The position numbers were made by a program, and so were the translations under genes. A DNA stretch of 64,000 nucleotides from an uncultured Candidatus Saccharibacteria bacterium (GTDB lineage: Bacteria; Patescibacteriota; Minisyncoccia; Phycocordibacterales; UBA2100): contig CAYYEX010000001.1 in assembly GCA_964471165.1 (NCBI GenBank), positions 1,037 to 65,036 of the forward strand. The letters run 5' to 3'. This document shows positions 17,390-24,872 of this stretch, piece by piece. The notes below the pieces were generated by a model. The model made no database searches, was not told the origin of the DNA, and worked only from the letters and a program-made list of their open reading frames with translations. Each line of letters begins with the position of its first letter. Position 1 is the first letter of the stretch.

Positions 17390-17440
17390 GTATACCCCGA
17401 AGGGTACCTTCATCTATGAGACGTGCCCAGAGGGCATGTC
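17390..17440. terminator. Two adjacent GC-rich hairpins between the RND pump stop and the next gene. One has a UUCG tetraloop and a U-run on the minus strand; the other has a U-run on the plus strand.
   Basis: Hairpin A is GUACCC-UUCG-GGGUA(U) followed by CUUUUG on the minus strand. Hairpin B is GACGUGCCC-aga-GGGCAUGUC followed by UUUCUUG on the plus strand. Confidence 0.3.
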
Positions 17441-17447
17441 TTTCTTG

Positions 17448-20400
17448 CTAGTACGGGCCCGAACCGTGCGATTTGCGCAAACCAAGCGTTTTTGCAATTG
17501 CGTGCCCGGCACTATCTTCAGGTCCGTACATGTTGTCCCCGGGCGTGCCTTTCTTAGCAATGAGCCAGACGAGATACACAATGTTTATTCCCGGCACGAG
17601 CGTGAGCAGCGAAACGAATCCATCGTAGCCGATATCGTGCAGTCGGCGAATCTGCAGACCAGTTATCACTGCGTAGACAACTGAGATAACGAGAATCATT
17701 GCGTACATCGACGGAATGAATGCTGATGCTACGGAAACCAGCATAAACAGTGCGGCGGCGAGAACGAGTGACGCCACGAATCCAATGATGAAGTGTGTGC
17801 GATTCAATCGCCCCGCAAAGAAGTTGTAGAGCATTCCTTGTGGCACAGGCGTACCTGCAGCACGGCCGCCCACTGGGCTCAGTACATTGAACTGCTTCGC
17901 AATCACGCTCCCCGGCCAGCGTCGCACAAGAATTGGCACGAATACAAGCGTGAGAAGCATCGCAAACGAAAGACCGAAGAGAATTGCAAGCGCCAGCGGG
18001 CCGAACAGCGCCGAGGCAAACGTGAGCGGAATCATACCGATTACTGTTGTGAGCGTGGTGAGCACAATAGGGCGCAAGCGCGTTGTGGAAGCATCAGTCA
18101 CAATCTCGGTAAAGCTTCTACCGTGGCTGTCTTTCATGCGTTTAATCATCGCATCCATGAGAATAATGGCGTGGTTGATGATAACGCCGGCGAGCGCAAT
18201 GAGACCCATCATCGATGGGAACGAGAGCGGTTGAAACGCAATCGTGAGTCCGAAGAACACACCAATGAGTGAGAGCGGTACAATCGAAAGCAAGAATGAT
18301 GTGAAACGGAACGAATCGAATGCGAGCACGAGAATCACGAACATGAGCGCGAGGCCCGCGACCAGTGAGAGACCCATTTCTGCGAATGACTTGTTAGTTT
18401 CTTCGTTCTCACCGCCTATGGACTCTGTGATTCCTGCTGGCAGGTTCTCTGTTGGGAACTTTTCGTGGAATGCCGCAAGTACTTCTGCCGGCGTATGACC
18501 TGCTTCAACGGCACTTGAGAGCGTTACAACACGCTGTCTATCCTCGTGTGCAATTGCTGCGTTCGACTGAGACACCCCTTCCGTAATCACCGAGCCAAGC
18601 AGCACAGATGTGCCACTTTGGGTTATGAGTGGAATCTGTCGCAGACTATCGATGGTTGTGTTGTTGGCATCGTGCGGGTCTGTGTAGTTTGGATTGAGAT
18701 TGAGCGACACAACGATTTCAACATCTTTATCACCGCCTGTGAGTTTTGTGGCTGTCGCGCCAGAAACCGCAGTGCGCAGTGTTGCTGCAACTTGAGCCGG
18801 TGAGAGCCCGAGCGCGGCCAACTTGCCACGGTCAATCGTGAGTTCGTACTGTGTTCCATCAAACTTGTTCGACGAATCCACCGTTGTTGCACCCGGGGTT
18901 TGCTCCAGCTGTTCTCGCGCGTGACTAACCGTTGCGTTGAGCACTTCCTGGTCCTTTCCAAGATACTTGATGAGCACTGCTGCACCCACTGGCGGTCCAC
19001 CAGATGGCTCACCCACTCGAATTTCTGCTGACTTAATATCTGCAACTTTCTTTTTAATTTCCGTAACAACTTCCGCAGATGTTTTCTCATGGCCCTCCAC
19101 GAGGTTGATTGTGATGTTGGCAAAGCGCGCATCTGACTGCGGGCCCATACCGGTCGTATCCGAGAAAGAGCTCTGCGAGCCAACCGTTGTTACTAATGAC
19201 TCCACGTCCTCCTGTTCGTAGAGGATTTCTTCGATGGTTCGTGCCACAAGGTCGGTCTGATTGAGTGCAGTTCCCGCAGGCTTTTCAATATCCACATAGA
19301 CTACGTCGCCGTTTTCTCCAGGGAAAAAACTCACTTTCATAAGTCCGGTTACCGGCAACAGAATTGCGACAAACAAACCAACGAGCATCGTGGTAATAAA
19401 CCAGTTCTGGAACCAACGGTTCTCAAGAATCTTCGTCAATCGTGCCGAGTACCACTGTCGAGCCTGCTCAGCGTAGTCATCCTGTCGTTTGGCAAGTTCG
19501 CTCTCGTGCGCTCCCTCAAACATGTTCGCGAGCGTTGGTACAAGACCGAGCGCCACGAAGATTGACGCCATAAGCACGAAGATGATGGTGAACGGAATGG
19601 ATGCGATAAATTCCCCGACGATGCCGGAAATAAAGAAGAGTGGGAAGAATACTGCCACGGTTGTCATCGTGCCGCCGATGAGCGGCCACGCGTATTCGTG
19701 TAGCGACTCAATCGCGGCGCGCTTTTTGTCGTGATGCAGTCGCGTGCGCGTATGAATTGCCTCAACCATCACGATCCCCGCGTCAATCAAGATACCGATT
19801 GCGAGAATAAGTGCGAAAAGCGAAACGACGTTGAATGAGTTGCCAGTATACAAAAGGCCGACGAATGCAATGAAGAACGACAGCGGAATAGAAAGCCCTG
19901 CTACTACCGCCTCGCGCCAGCCAATCGTCGCAAAGAGAACAAGCATGATGAGCGCCACGGTCTCCAATCCAGTTCGCGTCAGTTCACTAAGGTTTTTACT
20001 AATCTCTTCGGAGAAGTCGAAAGAAACGACCACCTTGCTCCCGTCGAGCAACTGGTTTGGTTGTTGGAGTTCGGTCAACCGCGCTTTAACTGCTTTGGTC
20101 ACAGTGGTAATGTCGTTTCCCTTTACCTTAAAAACATAGAGTGTCATTGCCTGCTCCGATGGTTCTCCCGCCATAGAAATACGCGAATATGAACGCGCGT
20201 CCTCCACGCCGTCTGTCACATCTGCGATGTCACGCAAATACACGACCTGCCCGTTCACGTTAAGCACTGCAATGCCAGCAATATCGGCAGTGTCGTCGAT
20301 TGAGCCCTTGAAGTCGATTGCGTAGGAAACATCGTCCACCGTAATAGACCCGACTGGCAGCGATGCGTTTGATGCAGCAATAGCCCCTACGATTTGTGAG

Positions 20401-20996
20401 AGTGAAATATTGAGGCGCGCTATCTCTTCTTTACGAACCACAACTTGAATCTCTCGGTCGCGCACACCCGAGACGTCGACGCGATTGACTCCTTTTACAG
20501 CCTGCAGGTCGCTCTTGAGAGATTCCGCGAGTTCTGCAAACTGTGCAGGTGGCACGTCGGCTGAAACAGAAATAAATTGGATTGGCTGGTCCGAGAGATT
20601 TACATCGCTCACGACCGGAGTCGTGGCTTCCTCTGGCAAGTCCGGTACCACCTTATCGACTTCGTCCTTCAGTTTTTGGATTGATTTATCGAGGTCGGCA
20701 TTCGCGTTGAACTCAACAACAATCACCGCGAGGCTTTCACGCGAGTTCGATGTGAGCTTGCTCATGTCGGGCAAATTCGCAAGACGCTCTTCTACCTTGT
20801 TTGTGATAAGACGCTCCACATCTTCCGGCGACGCTCCCGGCAACACAATAGAAACAACGCCAACCGGAATAGATACGTCGGGCGTGGATTCCTTTGTAAT
20901 TTGGAATGCAGCGACGGCGCCCCACAAACTGAGTGCCAAAATCACGAGGATTGTGAACTGTCGTCGTTCAATGAAAAACTGCCAGAGGGGAACCAT
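17448..20996 (-). CDS. RND (AcrB/HAE1-type) efflux permease carrying a C-terminal DUF805 domain fusion (about 140 aa).
   Basis: 1182 aa, 12+ transmembrane helices, and two large periplasmic loops typical of AcrB. The C-terminus reads GRLNRTHF...RRLHDIGYDGF...GTPGDNMYGPEDS, matching DUF805 (the RRLHD and G.P.NRYGP motifs). Confidence 0.9.
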   Translation of the reverse strand: MVPLWQFFIERRQFTILVILALSLWGAVAAFQITKESTPDVSIPVGVVSIVLPGASPEDVERLITNKVEERLANLPDMSKLTSNSRESLAVIVVEFNANADLDKSIQKLKDEVDKVVPDLPEEATTPVVSDVNLSDQPIQFISVSADVPPAQFAELAESLKSDLQAVKGVNRVDVSGVRDREIQVVVRKEEIARLNISLSQIVGAIAASNASLPVGSITVDDVSYAIDFKGSIDDTADIAGIAVLNVNGQVVYLRDIADVTDGVEDARSYSRISMAGEPSEQAMTLYVFKVKGNDITTVTKAVKARLTELQQPNQLLDGSKVVVSFDFSEEISKNLSELTRTGLETVALIMLVLFATIGWREAVVAGLSIPLSFFIAFVGLLYTGNSFNVVSLFALILAIGILIDAGIVMVEAIHTRTRLHHDKKRAAIESLHEYAWPLIGGTMTTVAVFFPLFFISGIVGEFIASIPFTIIFVLMASIFVALGLVPTLANMFEGAHESELAKRQDDYAEQARQWYSARLTKILENRWFQNWFITTMLVGLFVAILLPVTGLMKVSFFPGENGDVVYVDIEKPAGTALNQTDLVARTIEEILYEQEDVESLVTTVGSQSSFSDTTGMGPQSDARFANITINLVEGHEKTSAEVVTEIKKKVADIKSAEIRVGEPSGGPPVGAAVLIKYLGKDQEVLNATVSHAREQLEQTPGATTVDSSNKFDGTQYELTIDRGKLAALGLSPAQVAATLRTAVSGATATKLTGGDKDVEIVVSLNLNPNYTDPHDANNTTIDSLRQIPLITQSGTSVLLGSVITEGVSQSNAAIAHEDRQRVVTLSSAVEAGHTPAEVLAAFHEKFPTENLPAGITESIGGENEETNKSFAEMGLSLVAGLALMFVILVLAFDSFRFTSFLLSIVPLSLIGVFFGLTIAFQPLSFPSMMGLIALAGVIINHAIILMDAMIKRMKDSHGRSFTEIVTDASTTRLRPIVLTTLTTVIGMIPLTFASALFGPLALAILFGLSFAMLLTLVFVPILVRRWPGSVIAKQFNVLSPVGGRAAGTPVPQGMLYNFFAGRLNRTHFIIGFVASLVLAAALFMLVSVASAFIPSMYAMILVISVVYAVITGLQIRRLHDIGYDGFVSLLTLVPGINIVYLVWLIAKKGTPGDNMYGPEDSAGHAIAKTLGLRKSHGSGPY

Positions 20997-21000
20997 ATGC

Positions 21001-22638
21001 TTAGAGAGTGGTCACGGCCTGCCCTTCGCGCAATCCTCTGGCATCGGTAACAATCTCCATATCTGGAGTGACACCCGAAGTAATCACTACGCGCTCACCG
21101 AGGAGCGGTCCCACTACGATTTCATGCGCAACAAGCGTCCCATCAGAGCCAACGGTGAACACCACTGTTTTATCGGCGCCAATCTTAATCGCGGAAATCG
21201 GTACAGAGATTTTGGAAATATTCGAGTTGATGCGCGTGTTTGCACGAGTAATTTCAATCGTTACCGACTGGCCGTTGACGAGTGCAGAATCTCCAGCAGA
21301 AACACCAATGCGCACCTCAATCTTTTTTGTAACAGGGTCGAGTGCTGGCGCCACGCGCGTAACTACCCCGGTCACATTTTCTTCAATTGATACCTTGCTA
21401 CCTGCAGTGACGTCGCGAGCATCATTCTCTGTCACGTAGGCCACGATTTCGAGCGCACCGTTGTTCGCCACGGTGAGCACGGGCGCTGTCTGCTGCACAT
21501 AGTCTCCGCGCTTGAGGGAAAACGAATTGATAGTGCCCGAAATTGGTGCCCGAATGTAGCTCTTTTCCAGATTTGCACGTGCTGCCGCCAAACCCCCCTG
21601 CGCCTGCTTAAGCCCCGCTTGTGCTGCTGCAATGTCTTCCGGCTGACCACCCGTCACACCTTGCTCAAGATTCTTTTCAGCAATTGTGAGTCCCTGACTT
21701 TTTGCAGAAAGATTTTCCTTAGCACCCGAAATAGCGGAGAGTGCTGCGTTGAGTGACGCGCGGGCGGCAATCGCATTTGCCTGATGAGTGGCGATGGTCG
21801 CAGAAGAAACATTTCCACTTGGTATAGCATTATTAAGTGCGCGAATAATCTGGTCGAAAAACGCTCGCGCGGCTCGCACTTCAGTTTCCGTACGGTCGAG
21901 TTCCCCATTGAGGTCGGAGGCTGTTGTTATTTGTTTCGAAACGCTTGCTTGCCGCTCCAGAACTGGCCCCATCGACAAACGAGTGTTGTTTATGTTCGTA
22001 ACGAGTTGCGAATCCGCACTCGATACACTGAAAAAAGGATTTGTACTGTCTGGGTTAGAGAACATGCTGTCTCCGGTGCCTCGCACTGCACCATCAACCG
22101 TTGAATATGCAGAGAGCAACGCGTTTACGGCGCTGGATTTTGCAGAAACGTTGCCGGATTGTGCTGTTTGGAGTGAGGCTTCAAGAATGGCCTTCTGCTC
22201 TTCGCGAGAACCTCCAGAAATCTTAGAAAGCGCCGCCTGTGCAGCATCAACGGAGCCCTGCGCAGAGAGAACAGCTGCGCTTTCTGAAGCATTTTCAATA
22301 GATGCAACAACCGTACCGGCGGAAACACCATCGCCAAGTTGGCGATTCACACTCACGACCTGGCCCGACTTTTCAGCGCGTACCGTTGCCTCTGAGGTCG
22401 ACTGCACAACACCAACAATAGAGAGGCCGGGTTGCTCCGAGGAAAGCTCAGCAATACTTTTTACCTCAACCTGTCGTGCGGCGCTTTCCTGTACTTCGGC
22501 GTCGTTACCTTTACCGAGAAATGTAAGTACACCAAAAACGACAGCGAGCACAAGCACCGTTACAGCGGCGATTTTTTTCCAGCCATATCGTTTGAGCGAA
22601 TTGAGTACAGAGTCGAGCGCGGAAAATAGATTTTTCAT
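21001..22638 (-). CDS. RND efflux periplasmic adaptor (membrane fusion protein, HlyD family).
   Basis: N-terminal transmembrane helix, a long Ala/Ser-rich coiled coil, and C-terminal beta-barrel domains. It sits immediately upstream of the RND pump. Confidence 0.75.
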   Translation of the reverse strand: MKNLFSALDSVLNSLKRYGWKKIAAVTVLVLAVVFGVLTFLGKGNDAEVQESAARQVEVKSIAELSSEQPGLSIVGVVQSTSEATVRAEKSGQVVSVNRQLGDGVSAGTVVASIENASESAAVLSAQGSVDAAQAALSKISGGSREEQKAILEASLQTAQSGNVSAKSSAVNALLSAYSTVDGAVRGTGDSMFSNPDSTNPFFSVSSADSQLVTNINNTRLSMGPVLERQASVSKQITTASDLNGELDRTETEVRAARAFFDQIIRALNNAIPSGNVSSATIATHQANAIAARASLNAALSAISGAKENLSAKSQGLTIAEKNLEQGVTGGQPEDIAAAQAGLKQAQGGLAAARANLEKSYIRAPISGTINSFSLKRGDYVQQTAPVLTVANNGALEIVAYVTENDARDVTAGSKVSIEENVTGVVTRVAPALDPVTKKIEVRIGVSAGDSALVNGQSVTIEITRANTRINSNISKISVPISAIKIGADKTVVFTVGSDGTLVAHEIVVGPLLGERVVITSGVTPDMEIVTDARGLREGQAVTTL

Positions 22639-22648
22639 AAATTCAAAA

Positions 22649-23101
22649 TTATTGTAATGACGAGTGCGAGTGTCCTCGAACGAGTTTTTTAAGAATGCTG
22701 CACAATGAGCCCACTTCCGACTCGTCGAGCGTAGAGAATGCGTGTCGCATCATCTCTTCCGACTGATCTGCGTAACTTTCCAGCACCTTCTTGCCTGCCG
22801 GAGTGACCGAAAGCACCACTTCGCGTCTGTCAGCACCAGTTTTTCGCTCAACCATACCCCGCTCCACTAAGTGGGCGATGAGCGACGTAACCGAAGGTGC
22901 CTTGATGCGCAGGTACGCCGCAACATCGTGCATTGTTGGAGAATCGTTTCGCTCGATAAAGTGCATTGTCTGCAGTCGGAGCCATGCATTCGGGTCAGAT
23001 TGCTTGGCACCTGGCAGTTTTTGCCGAATTATCTGACGCGTCTCAAAAAAGAGCCCCGAAAGCTCTCCATACATCGTATTTTTAAGTGCTTTTTCAGCCA
23101 T
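22649..23101 (-). CDS. MarR-family transcriptional regulator.
   Basis: Winged helix: PTMHDVAAYLRIKAPSVTSLIAHLVERGMVERKTGADRREV. Confidence 0.85.
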   Translation of the reverse strand: MAEKALKNTMYGELSGLFFETRQIIRQKLPGAKQSDPNAWLRLQTMHFIERNDSPTMHDVAAYLRIKAPSVTSLIAHLVERGMVERKTGADRREVVLSVTPAGKKVLESYADQSEEMMRHAFSTLDESEVGSLCSILKKLVRGHSHSSLQ

Positions 23102-23104
23102 CAG

Positions 23105-23129
23105 AATTACTTAGGAGTCCTAAGTAATT
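23105..23129. promoter_or_regulatory. Perfect 12-1-12 palindrome AATTACTTAGGA-g-TCCTAAGTAATT, 4 nt upstream of the marR ATG. Candidate MarR operator, downstream of a TTGCAT-N17-TAGACT promoter-like element.
   Basis: Read directly from the sequence. A 25 bp dyad like this is the canonical MarR-type operator arrangement for autoregulation. Confidence 0.5.
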
Positions 23130-23177
23130 AGTCTACCGTCACCTCTTCATGAATGCAAGCAGGCTGTGCGCCCGCTC

Positions 23178-23762
23178 CTATTGTAGACGCACGGTCCCAA
23201 TGAGCTCGGAAAAGTCCTTGCGAATTACCTCGGCCGGGTCAATGTAGGTAACGCTCAACATAACAATGTTAGAACCGTGTGCCAGCACAATGCTCTCCCC
23301 ACGATACAAACCGTCCCACGTATACGAATATGCACTCTCTTCTGCAACCGTGCTTGTAGCAAGATCGTCCACTAGAGCAAGCTTGTAGTTCGAAGCGGAA
23401 GTATCAGTAATCCACTTTTTGAGCGGTAGCTTGTCGATTCCATTGCCGAAAATATCTATTGTAATTGCAGGTGGACCTTCCCCTGCTGTGGGAATATTCG
23501 CAGCTGCTGTTTTATCGATAAGCACTATTGAATAGTGAGAACGCTCGCCGTTGCCTACTTCGCGCTCCGAAAGCACATAGTAACCAGGATATGAAAACCT
23601 GACTCCGAGCGTGGCGTTATCGTAGAGTCGCTGCACGGGCGTGTCGGGCTCGTTTTCGCCAATCGCTGGAGTGGATTCAGGCCGTGCAGTCAGGTATACC
23701 GCACCAAAAATCACGGCGAGTACTACTATGAGTGCAATCGCACGGAACATAGATGGACGCAT
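23178..23762 (-). CDS. Secreted/membrane-anchored hypothetical protein.
   Basis: N-terminal transmembrane segment MRPSMFRAIALIVVLAVIFGAVYL. Confidence 0.5.
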   Translation of the reverse strand: MRPSMFRAIALIVVLAVIFGAVYLTARPESTPAIGENEPDTPVQRLYDNATLGVRFSYPGYYVLSEREVGNGERSHYSIVLIDKTAAANIPTAGEGPPAITIDIFGNGIDKLPLKKWITDTSASNYKLALVDDLATSTVAEESAYSYTWDGLYRGESIVLAHGSNIVMLSVTYIDPAEVIRKDFSELIGTVRLQ

Positions 23763-23767
23763 ACAAT

Positions 23768-24844
23768 CTACAACGTTTTCTCACCACTCTTCTTACTCTC
23801 GGTCGGTGCGATAAAAGAATGGAGCGACAAAAGTGCGAGCAAAAGCGCCATTGAAAGCGGTCCTAAAAAGAGCCCGACGGGGCCAAACAATGCGAGCCCA
23901 CCAAGAACTGAGAGCAGAACGAGCAGCGGATGCATCTCGGTGCCTCTGCCCATGAGCTTTGGCCCGAGGATGTTGTCTATGACTCCGACCCCCATCGTCC
24001 ACACAGCGAGCCCGATAGCTGGGGGTACAGCGCCTGCAATGAGCAAATACAGAATTGCGGGGACGAGCACCAGAGCAGTACCGATTGGCGGAATGAGCGA
24101 GACCACAATCGCAACCAGTCCCCACACAACCGGGTTCGGCACGCCAAAAATTGCCATACCGATACCAGCGAGCACTCCCTGGATAGCCGCGATAGCGAGC
24201 TTGCCTTTTACCACCGAGTTCACTGCAGTTTCCAGCTTGTGTACGATTTGTTCGTCATCGCTGTCTCGCAGTGGTGAGAGTTCAATTAAATAATCCTTCA
24301 GTCGTGCGCCGTCGCGTAGCAAGTAATAGAGCGTTACAAAGAAGATAAAGAGACTCAGAAACAGCGCCGCAATCGATGAGAATGCCGAACCAATGTTCAT
24401 CACTATCCACGATGCACCTTGTCGCGCGTAGTCGTCGAATCCAGTCGAAATCTCGCGCAGCGATTGTGACGCATTCGGAATGTACTGGTCGATTTTCGGA
24501 CCATTGGTGAGCACCCATTGCGAAAACACGCGCTGCGTATCGGTGTCACTGAGCGAGCCGTACAAAGTTTGTGCTTCCTTGAGCAACTGCATCGAAACGA
24601 ATATCACCGGGATGAGGATTACGAAGATGCTCACTGCGAGTGTCATGAGTGCCGCAAGCGATTCCTTGCGCCTCACACGCACGAGTATGCTGCGGTAAAC
24701 CGGCTGGAGCACTACCGCAAATACCGCACCAAGGGCAAGTGCCGAAAAGAATGGTGCAACGACAAGAAACGCAACCCATGCCGCGCCGGCAAGGAGCGCA
24801 AGAAGAAAATAGTGCTGCGAAGACCCGCCTTTCATATGAGCCAT
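23768..24844 (-). CDS. AI-2E family transporter (PerM/YhhT-like). Probable start MAHMKGG; the track extension to 24997 would overlap the upstream gene.
   Basis: 8 transmembrane helices. The topology and length are typical of the UPF0118/AI-2E family. Confidence 0.7.
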   Translation of the reverse strand: MAHMKGGSSQHYFLLALLAGAAWVAFLVVAPFFSALALGAVFAVVLQPVYRSILVRVRRKESLAALMTLAVSIFVILIPVIFVSMQLLKEAQTLYGSLSDTDTQRVFSQWVLTNGPKIDQYIPNASQSLREISTGFDDYARQGASWIVMNIGSAFSSIAALFLSLFIFFVTLYYLLRDGARLKDYLIELSPLRDSDDEQIVHKLETAVNSVVKGKLAIAAIQGVLAGIGMAIFGVPNPVVWGLVAIVVSLIPPIGTALVLVPAILYLLIAGAVPPAIGLAVWTMGVGVIDNILGPKLMGRGTEMHPLLVLLSVLGGLALFGPVGLFLGPLSMALLLALLSLHSFIAPTESKKSGEKTL

Positions 24845-24872
24845 TATAGCAATTCTCCGTCGTTCATGCGCG

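Noticed and set aside
20485-22657. Long plus-strand ORFs (20485..21390, 301 aa; 21788..22657, 289 aa) antisense to the RND pump and membrane-fusion-protein genes.
   Set aside because: Their composition is Ser/Thr/Ala-rich junk typical of antisense frames of GC-rich genes. The sense-strand genes have strong family signatures.
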